DNA from: the human T2T-CHM13v2.0 reference genome, Homo sapiens
NCBI RefSeq assembly: GCF_009914755.1
Contig: NC_060925.1
Strand: one strand, 5' to 3'
DNA length: 64,000 bases
Shown: piece by piece, positions 32,556 through 49,467 of the stretch
How positions within the stretch are numbered: the stretch's first letter is position 1
Layout of the letters: each line of letters starts with the position of its first letter
The notes under the pieces: generated by a model
Told to the model about the DNA's origin: nothing
The model's input: the letters and a program-made list of their open reading frames with translations, nothing else
Databases searched by the model: none
Position numbers and translations under genes: made by a program

Positions 32556-33320
32556 ATGCACCTGTGGGTTTGTGACGATGCCAAGGGATCAGAGGAACAA
32601 AGAGAGAGGATGTTGCTCAGATGGGGGTCTCAACCTCCAGAGCAAGGTGGACACAAAGCTCCAGCCAGCTGCCCAGCCCCTGGGGTGGGAGGGAAGGATC
32701 GAGGGGTAGCTGTTGTCAGATAAGGCCAAAGGTATCAGTGGCCAAAAGGGAGACAAAGATCTCCTGGGTGCAGCCTCCTCCACCACTGTGGTGAAGGGTG
32801 TTGGGCTGGAGGGTTGGCCGACCTCTCCTGAGAGCACGTTCCCCCTGCTGCTCCTGCTGCATGGCATCAACCTGGGTTTCAGTTACATTACCCAGGAGGA
32901 TTTCCAAATCCAGAGGCAATGTGGCCTTCCATTTCCTGAGGTGCCTTGGTTGGCTCTGGATCAGTGGTGGGGACTCAAGAGACAGCCTCCCTGTGGCTTC
33001 CAGCCCCTCACATTCCCTTTGTCGCTTTCTCCTTCATGATGTGGTTTTACACAGAAAAACACTCTGGTAAGTAGAACAGTGTTCTTCTCTTGAGTCAGAC
33101 GTCTGAAGCAGGAAGGTGAATAACCTTCCCAAGACCTTAGAGCTACAGAGAGAATCCTCAGCACAGGTAGGAGCACACAGGTAGGTGGGGTAAACGTGTA
33201 CAGAGAGCCTGGCTTCTACTTGGAATTTTCCCCTCCCTTGGCCTTAAAAATCGGATTTCTCCCTTTTCCAGCTATGTTGATACAAGAGACAAACTATTTA
33301 GAAAGTAAAAGCCTCAACCG

Positions 33321-33358
33321 TTTATTTTGTGTTCAAAGTATAACCAAATGATTTTATT
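33321..33358 (-). terminator. Pair of proximal AATAAA signals (candidate alternative poly(A) site)
   Basis: tttatt at 33321-26 and 33353-58 in AT-rich, apparently non-repetitive UTR sequence. Confidence 0.5.
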
Positions 33359-33445
33359 GCATTTACTGCTCCTGGGCATGCAGATGCATCTACACAGAAA
33401 CAGCAGTTGTGGTTATAAAATCTTTTAACGAGTTTGGGGCAGAGG

Positions 33446-33734
33446 CTTTTTAATTATTTTTGAGACAGAGTCTCATTCTGTCACCTAGCTTGTGCAGTGG
33501 CATGATCTCGGCTTACTGCAACTTCTGCCTCCCAGACTCAAGCAATCCTCCCACCTCAGCCTCCAGAGTAGCTGGGACCGCAAACGTCAACACCACACCC
33601 AGCTAATTTTTTGCATTTTTGGTACAGACGGGGTTTTGCCATGTGGCCCAGGCTGGTGTCACTGAGCTAGGCAATCCACCCACCTTGGTTTCCCAAAGTG
33701 CTAGGATTACAGGTGTGAGCCACTGCACCCAGCC
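33446..33734 (-). mobile_element. Alu in the ZNF496 3' UTR (sense to the gene)
   Basis: Alu consensus on the minus strand. Confidence 0.88.
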
Positions 33735-34235
33735 CAGAGTTTTCCTGATGTGAAAATTACGTGAGTGACAAGGAGCACCAGGAGCCTTGCCTGACTTACT
33801 GTCTGTTGGTAGGATGTGACATATGAATAATACAAAATACCCGTCTGGTTTGACTTGCAGATTAAGTCACTGCTAGACTACAGCCTTGATGCCCTCTCTT
33901 GCTGACCCTAGCCAACATAACCAGTCTTCCAGGAACAATACCATGTTTTAAATTGCTTGAGGTTTCACTACCTGCTGTCACTCTCAGTCCGGAATCCCAG
34001 CAGGAGACACAGCTCCAGCTGGCCTGCCCAGCCCCCATCAGAAGGCAGGGAGGAAGGGGAATTTGTCAGCGTTTACGGCTATTGAGTATGGTTCTTCCAT
34101 GCAGAGGACACCTGCCCTAAATGCTGAAACTTGGGTCTGAACCCTGCCTTTGATGGAATTGTGAGCAAGCTCACTCAAGTTTGTATTGACTCATCTGTAA
34201 ATTAGGAATGATATAGCATACCTCACGTTTATCTG

Positions 34236-34655
34236 GAGTCATGGGCTGAATGCTGTCCCTTTCAAATTCCGATGTTGAAGTCCCAACCTCTAGTACCTCA
34301 GAATGTGACCTTATTGGTAAACGGTTGCTGCGGATACAGATGAGGTTATACTGGAGTCGGTGGGATGGGCTCTAATCCGATATGACTGGTGTCCTTAAAC
34401 AAAGGGAGGTTTGGAGACAGACACGCACACAGCAAGAGTGCCATGTGGAGATGAAGGCAGAGACTGGGTGACGCTTCCACACACCAAGGAATGGCAACTG
34501 CCAGCAAAGGCATGAAGCCGCTTCTCCCTCACAGCTCTCGGAAGGCACCAACTCTGAGGACACCCTGATCTTGGACGTGCACCTCCCAGAACTGTCAGGG
34601 AATACACTCCTGTTGTTCTAAGCCAGCCAGTGTTTGGACACACCAGCACTCCAAG
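34236..34655 (+). mobile_element. MLT1 LTR in the ZNF496 3' UTR
   Basis: gggctgaatgctgtccc...gtacctcagaatgtgacc...ctccagaactgtcag MLT1 motifs. Confidence 0.7.
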
Positions 34656-35638
34656 CTAATGTATCTATCAAGTGTGTTGTCAGGCAAGGTTCTGTTCTGG
34701 AGCTTGGCTCACCCAGACAGGAGAACCCCTCACTGGGGGCAGAGCTCCACATTCCTAGACAGGACAGATTGGAAGAAGGGACTTAAGTGCCTTTTAAACG
34801 ATGACAACTCCGCTTCCAACCCACAAGCATTTACCAAGGATCTTTGGGGTATAAAGACATTATGGGGTAGGTGTGCAACACAAATTAAAATGTAAGCTTT
34901 GTTTTTGGTGAGCTCCAGATCCCTAGTGATTGGCCCCCAGGAAAATCAACAGGTATGACGACTGTTTCCAAACCTCAAGAAGGAGCTCTGCAGACCCCTG
35001 CCACAGAGGCCAGCCCAAAAGGGCTGCCTGATCATCTTGGATCTGCGGGGTGCTCCTGCCTACCTGATGGCCACGAATCTGGGGCTCAGACATGACATGT
35101 CTGGCTCAGTGTGCCTGGCCCTGCTCCCCACTGAGCCCATCAGTCCCACCCTGCCTTCTTCTTTCCTCTAGTCCAACATCCGCCAGCAGCTTCTCAGTGG
35201 AAGTGCAGGCATCCTGGAGCTTCAGGAGCAGATCCTAGCGTTCAGACAGGGAAGGAGGGGAGGGAGTATACTGAGGTTTGGCTGGTGACCAGGGTGCCGC
35301 CCTGACGGGGGATAGCCCAGTTTTACTCCCCGAGCTTGGGGAGCATGGGCCAAGGGTCTCTAAGACGCAGAACACCTGGCATGTCCAACCTGGTGATGGC
35401 ACATCCCCCCCGTTTTTTGGCACAGCAGAAACAGAACACTCACTTGGCCACTCTTTCATTACCTGGGGGAGGGAGAGTGCTCCCATGGCACCACCCGAAC
35501 GCTCACTACCTGAGAGCAAGGACAGGAGGGAGGTGTGCTCTCTATCCTGGGGAAGGTATGTCCTGGGTGGGGGCGCTGATCAGTACCAAGGTGAGGGGGC
35601 AGCACCAGCCAGGGTGAGGCCGCCCCAGGCGGAGAGGC

Positions 35639-36396
35639 TCAGTAGGAGTTCAGAGCCTGCTTGGAACGGCGCTTCATGTGCAGGCGCTCGTGGCGGAGGA
35701 GGTCATAGTTCTGCGTGAAGCTCTTGACGCAGTACCGGCACTGGAAGGGCCGGGCTTTGTCCTTCAGGTGAAAGTGGCTGCGGTGCCGAGCCAGGTGGTC
35801 GTGCCGCTGGAAGGCCTTCCCACACTCACAGCACTGGAAGCTCAGTTTGGCCTTGCCGTTTTCCAGCGGCTCTTTGGGACCCTTGTCCGCGTCCTCGGAT
35901 GCCGCCTGCTCTCTCTTCTCCACCGGCTGGAGTCTGTCCGGCTGCAGGTGTATCCGCCGGTGGGAGAGCAGGTGGGAGTTCAGGCGGAAGCTCTTCCCGC
36001 AGGCACCACACCGGTAAGGCTTCTGGGCCTCGTGGCTCTCTAGGTGCCCATCCAGGTCCTCGCTGTCGCTGAACAGCTCCCCGCACACCGAGCACTCGTG
36101 CGGCTTCTCCTGCTCCCTGCGGCTCCGCAGATGCCGGATGAAGTTGACCCTCCAGCGGAAGATTTTCCCACAGTTCGGACACACGTAGGACTTCTTGGAG
36201 GTCTGCACCTCGCCTCCGGCCTCGGTGCTGCTCCGGTGGGAGGCGGGGAGGCTGCGCTGCTTCTCTGTGGGGCTCCCCAGCTCTTCTGTGCAGTACGGGC
36301 CATGCTGGGAGTCCTCGTCCCCAGAGCTGGAGAGAACGATCTCGATGGTCACTTCTTCATCCAGGCTGTTCTCTAGAGATCGCGGGTTGCCGCCAG
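35639..36396 (-). CDS. ZNF496: ZNF496 last coding exon: one C2HR finger and four C2H2 zinc fingers
   Basis: Acceptor ttcctgtag at 36397-98. ORF 35639..36352 has CPNCGKIFRWRVNFIRHLRSR, CSVC..H..H, CGAC..H..H, CCEC..H..H and CRYC..H..H. TGA stop at 35639-41. The exon is CpG-rich. Confidence 0.97.
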
Positions 36397-38130
36397 CTAC
36401 AGGAAGGCAACATGCAGGTCAGCGACGCTGCACAGGCCACATCCCAGCCCCTATGACCGCGGCGGAGGAACACTCAGCTTGGAGTTTACAAACCCGTGTT
36501 TTTACAATGGTCCTCGGTGACCGGGGCGGCCTGGCCAGCCCTGCAGGGGCCACTGGTGTAGCCTGTGAGGAAGAAATCTTCAGCATGGGCCCCGCTGTGT
36601 CCAGAGCATGCTGGGCACCTTGCTCTCCCTCTTCCCAGCCATTTTCCCTTATCTCCACCCCCAACCCTTTTGTTCTCTACCCACGGAGACCACCCCATCC
36701 CCCCAAGCTCTAGGAGTCTGTATTTATCTGGGTAAAGCCTTGACCATTTACAGATCATGCACTTAACAAGGCATGGGGGAAAGCTCTATCAGGATAGTGA
36801 AAGGACTTGAGAGAGGAAGACTCTACAACCTACACATATCATGTGCTGGGCACTTGCATGCTCCAGGGACTGTGCTAGACTTGACATGCACATTCCTATT
36901 TGCTCCTGGACGCAACCCGATGACCTATTGGTTGCCATGTTTACACATAAACTAAGGTGATCTGTGCCAGGAAGGAGGGCTGAAATGCTACTCAGCCTTG
37001 CTAGGCTGCTCAACAGTCCCAGACTGCCCAGAGTCCTGGGTCCCCCACAGCTCCCCGGCTCGCAGTAGCACCGCATTTCTGAGGCCACAGGTGGTGATGG
37101 ATAAAGCTGCTCTGGACTTCCTGCATCCTGAGTCTGTGATGTTGGGAAGGTGGAACCACGGGGCGGGGCTGGGTGGACAGTGCAGAGCCCGGCCTGAGGT
37201 CCCGGCTTATGGAGCAGAGCCCACCATACAGGTGGCCTGTTTCCTCACTGCTGTGAAATGTAGAACTCAAATCTAGAACTTGGGGGGAGTGAACCAGGCC
37301 CTCCCAGATAAGAGTAGGAACATGGTTAGTCTGGGCTTCATGACTGTGGGGAGGAGAGCCCTGGCTAGTCAGAGCAGCTCAGGACAGGAGAAGTTGGACA
37401 AACAGAAGCAGGGCAGGAAGACACAGAGGCTATGGAGAGCAGAGAGATAAAGGGCAATGGTGGAAGCGGAGGGGGCATTTGTCCCTCAGTCACAAGGGGG
37501 TCGGGGGAACATGAGTCTGGGAGTGGGTACTGAGTCTGCCAAGAACCCACGTAGTATAGGAGGGAAATCATCAGATGAAGACAGAGATTGTGTGTGTGTG
37601 TGTGTGCATGTGTTTTTAATTTTTTGTACAGATGGGGTCACATTATGTTGCCCAGGCTGGTCTCAAACTCCTGGGCTCAAGCGAGCCACCCATCTCAGGT
37701 GATCCACCTGCCTCAGCCTCCCAAAGTGCTGGGATTACAGGTGTGAGCCACTGCGCCCGCCGAGAGGCTATGTTTGACGCTTATCTCGACTCTTGGTTTT
37801 CGAGCTGCAGGAACCTCGTTCCAGCCAGACAGCTTCTCTGAGCTTGGGTCATCTCGTCTACAAGGTGAGAATGACAGTGGCAGCCCGTTGCTCTAAGCTG
37901 CTGGTGGGGCAGGTGAGGTCATGTGTATGATGTACTTTGTGGACCTCATGGGGTGGAGACAAGAGCAAGGTGTAACTTTTACCAGGCTGCCGATGACAAG
38001 GTACTTGATCAGCAGTTGACTTCTGTTAATGGACTTGGGTGGAAGAAGAAAACAAAGTGACAAGGTGGACCGCTAAGATCTCTTACTTGTTAACTGGGCG
38101 AGGAGATGGAATTATGAGAGCAGACAGTGC

Positions 38131-40260
<2,130 letters not shown>

Positions 40261-41318
40261 TATGGGTGGGTGGGCTCCCACATATGGTGGGAGGCCGAGG
40301 CAGGAAAATTGCTGGAACACGGGAGGCAGAGGTTGCAGTAAGCCAAGATCGCGCCACTGTTCTCTAACCTGGGTGACAGAGCTAGACTCCGTCTGAAAAA
40401 AAAGAAAAGAGCTATTGGTCTAACTGCCAGTATATGCATTAAACCATTTAATCCTTAGCAATAACTGTACAAGGCAGCTTTAACTATTATTTCTGTTTTC
40501 CAAATAAAAAATGTAAGGCAGAAAAGTGAAATTGCCCAAGGTTTCAGGGGAATTGAGCCAGTGGAGATGGGACCAGGGCTCGTGGCCACATAGCTAGCAG
40601 GCAGCCAGGCTGCTGCAAGTGCTTGTTGCAGGCGGAGTGGCAAAGGCATGCAGCGTGCAGGTAACTCCATGACTATCGCCTCAGGAAGGATGCTCTGGCC
40701 AGGAATGAATGACTTCCTGCGAGCTGAGGGGATTAAGGGGAACAGCAGGGGAGACTAGGAAGCTGGATGTGAAAAACCAAAATGATAAAGGCATTATTAA
40801 AAACTGTAAAATATTCTTGTAAAGTTAGAATGGGGAAGCTTTCTCAAGCAAGGCATAAAACCAAAAAGATGACGAATAAGTGTACCTACAGTTAAAAACT
40901 GTAAGAAAACATTTAAGCCAGGCATGATGGCACACGCCTGTAGTCTCCCCAGCTATTTGGGAAGCCAAAGCAGAAAGGCTGCTTGAGCCCAAGACTTCAA
41001 GACCAGTCTAGGCAACATAAAGAGACCCCATCTTTAAAAAACAAAACAAAACAAAATAAAACATTTATATGCTGCAAGACACATAAACAAAGTTGAGGGA
41101 AATGGAAGAAACTATGTATGAATACAGCAGAGGCAAGGGATTCAGACCCAAAACTACAACGACACGTGGGTTCAGGTAAGAATCAGAGACTTGGATTTGG
41201 TATTTAGAAGAACCTATGAAAGATGGCAGTTTCTATGAATCCACAGAAAAAGCAAACCGTGGTTTGGTAATGTAGAGTAAAAGCCATGGGTCTGAAGCCT
41301 GACAGCCTGAGTTCAAAT

Positions 41319-41923
41319 CTTTTTTTTTTTTTTTAAGATGGAGTCTTGCTCCGTGTCCCAGGCTGGAGCGCAGTGGCGTGATCTTGGCTCACTGCAACCT
41401 CTACCTCCTGAGTTCAAGCAATTCTCTCTGCCTCAGCCTCCCAAGCAGCTGGGATTATAGGTGCCCACCACCACGCCTGGTTAATTTTTATATTTTTTAG
41501 TGGAGATGGGGTTTCGCCATATTGGCCAGGCTGGTCTTGAACTCCTGACCTCAGCGATCTGCCTGCCTCAGCCTCTCAATGTGCTGGGATTACAGGCGTG
41601 AGCCACTGCACCTGGCCGTTTTTTTTTTTCTTTTTCTTTTTTTTTTTTGGAGACAGACTCTCGCTCTGTTGTCCAGACTGGAGTGCAGTGTCATGATTTC
41701 TGCAGCCTTGACCTCCCAGGTTCAAGCGATTCTCCTGCCTGAGCCTCCCCAGTAGCTGAGACTACAGGTGTCTGCCACTGTGCCTGGCTAATTTTTGTAT
41801 TTTTAGTAGAGACAGATTTCGCCATGTTGGCCAGGCTGGTCTTGAACTCCTAACCTCAGGCGATCTGCCCGCCTCGGCCTCCCAAAGTGCTGAGATTACA
41901 GGCATGAACCACTGCGCCCAGCC
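41319..41923 (-). mobile_element. Two head-to-tail Alus bounded by one TSD (tgagttcaaatctt)
   Basis: Alu consensus twice; same flanking sequence at about 41309 and 41924. Confidence 0.85.
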
Positions 41924-43597
41924 TGAGTTCAAATCTTCACTCCACCACCTACAGCTTGTGAGCACTGGACTCTGGGCAAGTGACTTCAGCTCTCGGGTGC
42001 CCCAGCTGCAATACAGAGACATCATGCCACCTATCTCAGAAGGTGCCATGAAGATACAATGCACAGAATCATGTCATCATGTAAATCACTGAATCCTGGT
42101 GCAATGTTTAGGACATAAAGAAAACAAGTATGAGTGCAAAAATAAATAAATAAGGATAAATGAATACTAACTAGGCAATTCATAGAACACAATAAACAAG
42201 AAAAGATATTCCACCTCAGTGGCGGATGTAGTAGCATTATTTGATTGGCACAAACTGAACATCTGGGAGTGTCCTGCGTGGGCATGGATATAGAGAAGCA
42301 GACCTTATCACCAGCTATCCGGCATCAGCTGGCGGGAAAAGCCTTTTAGGAAGGCAAGCTGGCAGGAGCTACCAAAATAAGTACAGTGCCCACTCTTTGA
42401 AATATATCGTCTCTCCCCTTTCTCAGTAGCAACCCTTGGCTTCTGGCTGTTTCAGAGCAGTCTGTGTCAGAGTCCAGCAAGGGAAGAATGGAGTTGAAAA
42501 CTCCTGTGTATAAATGAACATCCGTCCATCTTCTAAAAGTATATTGATGGGGCTGAGAGACATGCTATGGGCAGAAAGAAGCTAGAGAAGATTCAAAGTG
42601 CACCACAAACATCAGGCCTGCGCTTGAACTCCAAGTGGACCCCAAATGAATGCATCGCTCTTGGCACGCAGAGGTGGGCTTCTTAGAAAACCAGGGGTGG
42701 GCATCCATGCTTGTGGAGCAGGATCTCATCCTTTCAGATCTCCCACACTAGAAAAGCCCCTTTGTCCATGCATGAAAGGGGGCCAAGTACAAGATGCATG
42801 GAGCTGGGTCAAAATGGCATAAATCTTGCCTTCAAAAGCATCACAGGTAGAAGAGATAATATGTGTGAGTTGGTCTCCATAGCTGCAGAAAACTACAATG
42901 ACACGTGGGTTCAGGTAAGAATCAGAGGCTTGGGTTTTGTATTGAGAAGAGAAAGATGGCAGTATTGTAGCCTCTGCTTCTGGAAGTGGTGACTTTTACC
43001 AAGACGACTCAGAGTCTACACTGTGGCTATTTCTCTGAAAGCAGGAATGGAACATACACTTTCCAAGAGTCCTGTGCAGCTTCAGTATGCCAGAAACCTG
43101 CTCTTTAATCCCAGTTCCAAGATTCTGTGCCAGGATGCTGGCCATCCATGCTGAGAGAAGAAAAACACTCACTGCATCACCAACAGCACTACAGCAGCAC
43201 CCTGCTTTGACACACCCTCCCCGGCCCCTGGGAAAGGCAAGGAGGGTGAGCCTGGGATTGGGAGTGAGCTGGAGAATGACCCCAGCACAACGGAATCAGG
43301 GCAAGCAGCTAAGAACACCACAGCAGAGGTCGGCGGGGATCCTGAGGGGTTCAGTTCCTAACTGTCCCATGCCATCACCACCGCACATTTACATCACACA
43401 CCCACATGCCCCCAACACACAGGTGCACCCATGAATGCACACACTCACACATGCAGCACACCACATATACCACATGTGTATGCACGCACACATGCATTCA
43501 ACACAACCATCCCCTATGCCACACATGCATACATACATTCATGCGACACACCACAGACACACAGGGACAAACCCATACCTCCCTGACCCTTCTTTAC

Positions 43598-43711
43598 CTG
43601 GGTAGGTGTTTTGAGGCACCACCGTCTGTGGGCAGGCCTGGAACTCTGGCACCTGCAGCTCCTCACGTTTCCTTCTTTCTTCTACCTGGAATGGCTGGAG
43701 ACTTGGAGAGT
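43598..43711 (-). CDS. ZNF496: ZNF496 coding exon (DSPSLQPFQVEERRKREELQVPEFQACPQTVVPQNTYP)
   Basis: 114 nt, pyrimidine tract plus ggaaag acceptor, CCAG|gtaaag donor, phase 1/1. Confidence 0.93.
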
Positions 43712-44821
43712 CTTTCCAGAGGAGGAAATGGAAAAATTGATTTGTTTTGCACCTACAGCACTACCTGGGAGGGTGCTATCCGAATAGATGCCAGGCTACG
43801 ATCTGGGGGCGGCCCTGGGCTCCGTCCTGGGGACTGGCAGGGGGTGGCCACTCAATAAGTGTCTGCTGAGTGAATGAACCTGAAGGCAAAATGGGCCAAC
43901 TCCACAAACATGAGCTCTGACGCTAGACAGAATCAACGTAGATCCGGGTTCTACTCCACCCACTCTATGGCCAGAGACAAGCACTTCCCCCAGCCCCATA
44001 TTTATTCCCACTTTCTGTGGTGGGTTTTCTATAGTCATCACCACAGGCTCCTGCACACTCCGCACATCCTGCACAAACAGCTTGTGCAGAGCCTACAGGG
44101 TAGAGATGGTACAGGAGCTACTGCACCACACCAAGTCTCTGAACGCTTGTTCCAGGTGGGGATGGTGTGTCAAAACCTTGTCTGCTTCATGCCAGCTCTA
44201 GGTCCCAAAGGGGAAGAAGGTGTGGAGCTGCTGATGATTCTGTACAAAGCTATTTCCTCCTGAAGGAGCAGATGCTTCGAAGCACCATGGCATGGAGATC
44301 ATGGGTGCAAGTGCTGGCGACACAGCCTGAAGGAGGGCTGGAAACTGCTGCTGCTGAGCCCCAGCACCTCCCCACACCCCAGTGTCCTCACAGCACCCCT
44401 GTACCAGGCAGATGGGAAGACTAGACAGGTGAGGCACCTCAAAGGGCTGCGCTCGGTGCCCAGTTAGGAGACACTCCCTCTGCAACTAGGCTTGTCATGA
44501 GTATCTGACTTCACTCCTGGAGGGGCTGCTGCATTGTCAGCACAAACCAGATGTTACTTACAGGCAGAGGAGAAAGACATTCCTATTATTTCCCAGTCCT
44601 TGGCCAAGGGAGTACAATTCCAATGCCTGGCAAAATTAAGATCCTCCATTCTTTCTATGAAAAGTCAGGGACAAGGCAAGACATGCAAGACCCACATAGA
44701 GTCTGGGGAAATGAAGAAGGCAATTAGGGGCCGCAGAGAGAAGCCAGAGAGTGGGCTCACCTCCGGCTGCCAGCAACCCTTCCCCCTACTCTGTCCACTC
44801 AGTTCTGGAATCATTACTCAC

Positions 44822-44929
44822 CCAAGTAGGAGACCTGGGGCACTTCTTTGCCCTGGAGATCCTGCAACTCTGGAACGCGTGGCTCATTCTCCTCTCCCTG
44901 GGAGAGATCTGGCTGGGCAGCTAGGTCGT
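44822..44929 (-). CDS. ZNF496: ZNF496 coding exon (DLAAQPDLSQGEENEPRVPELQDLQGKEVPQVSYL)
   Basis: 108 nt, ttgaacag|...TTGG|gtgagt, phase 1/1, KRAB-B-like PDLSQGEE. Confidence 0.95.
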
Positions 44930-45446
44930 CTGTTCAAAGAAAAAGGCAGGGTACATGTTTATTAGTAATCTGATCCTGCAGCAACCAGGGCTGGTCCAGA
45001 AGAGAGAAGGCGGAGGGATGCCCAGCGGGCATGGCACCATCAGGGGCGAGAAGTGAAAAGGCCAGAGCTGGCAGTGCAGGGGCAGTGGGGGCAGCACACG
45101 CAGGGAGAGCTATGGGCTTGGGGGTCTCTCTGAGGCTTTCGGGTGTAAAGCAGACATAAAGGGACAAAACGGTAAGAACGATGGAAGAGAAATGGACATA
45201 CAGCACATGTTCTATTTGGTTCTGATAAGCCTGATGTGGCGAGACAGCAGGTGATGGTCAATCGGACACACTGCCTGTAGGGCCGCTGTGTGCAAATGAC
45301 CTCCTGTCCAGGTTGGGGGTGAACAGAGAGATCTGATGCAGGCCCCGCTTCCCTGATCCTATGGGACGAAGTTGACTCTTACTCCAAGTGAGAACTCCCC
45401 TGCCCAGTTCCCTGGTCTTGAGGTGTGGGGGGAAGTTAAGTCTTAC

Positions 45447-45579
45447 TTGGAGGCATTGAGACCCCGTAATCCTCCCCAATGATGAACTCTCCATAGAAGC
45501 CAGTCTGGGCAGGATCTAGAAGGGACCAATCCTCTTCAGAGAAGCATAAAATCATGTCCTTGAATGGAGAAACCCGACT
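45447..45579 (-). CDS. ZNF496: ZNF496 degenerate KRAB-A exon (SRVSPFKDMILCFSEEDWSLLDPAQTGFYGEFIIGEDYGVSMPP)
   Basis: 133 nt, tgctttcag|...CCAA|gtaaga. Contains the KRAB-like FSEEDWSLLDPAQ motif. Confidence 0.95.
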
Positions 45580-45626
45580 CTGAAAGCACAGGAGAACAGG
45601 GATGCCTCAGTCCGGGACGAGCTAGG

Positions 45627-48428
<2,802 letters not shown>

Positions 48429-49230
48429 CTAGGGGAGGGGGGTGGTGTGGAAGCTGGGGCTGAGGGAAGAGCCCAAAGCAACACATGCAGATAGAAGAGA
48501 CAGAAAGGAGACCGACTACCCCAGGTCCAGGCGCCAGTGGACACACTGCTTTGTTATTTCTGCTCTTGGATCCACCTCATCCCTATCTTGTTTGGCAAAA
48601 TCCACATGGCAGCTACCTGGCTGGGTGGCCAAGGATGTGGAGAAACAGGTCTTCCTCCTCAGTGCTGGGGAGGCTGCACATCCACCACTCCTATGGTGCG
48701 CTGCTGGGCAATGTCCAGAGGTCACCAGCGTGCTCGCCCCTCAATGCAGAGATTCCTAAAGTTTATGTTGTTGCACGTTACCAACATGCCCACCCTTCCG
48801 TGCAGGGATTTCTCAAGTTTATGTTGCACATGTGCAACGTAGTCTACAAAAGCTGCTTCACTGAAGCATTGATCTAATAAATACTGAAAACCTTGACACA
48901 CATCAAGAAGACAGCGGATTAAGTAAGCTACAGAAACCTCACAAGGGATGATCCTACACGCACAGAAAGAATGACGGCCTCTCTGTACTGAGAAGGAATT
49001 CTCTTCAAAGTGTGTTGTTGCAGGAAAACACCTGTGCATGATGGAATCCGGATGGCCACCAAGTGCAGGGCGTCTAGGAGTTCCGAAGGTTAGCTGCTTC
49101 TCAAGAGGTTCCTGGGACTCTGGGGTTAGGTGTAACAGGGAGATTTTTTTCATAAACTTTGAATCATGGACCATGGGAATGTGTCAAAAACCTGATTTTA
49201 ATTTCTATTTTTATCTTTATATTGTTTTAG

Positions 49231-49467
<237 letters not shown>

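Larger units (their letters stand above)
32530..35638 (-). other. ZNF496: ZNF496 3' UTR (distal end approximate), containing an Alu and a MaLR LTR
   Basis: Lies downstream of the stop codon. Minus-strand AATAAA at 33353-58, 33321-26 and 32550-55. Confidence 0.65.

Noticed and set aside
32176-33734. Inverted-Alu pair in the ZNF496 3' UTR
   Set aside because: Both Alus are on the same strand, and one lies beyond the distal poly(A) signal.
35678-36713. Plus-strand and alternative-frame ORFs over the ZNF496 last exon
   Set aside because: Shadow ORFs expected in GC-rich coding sequence.
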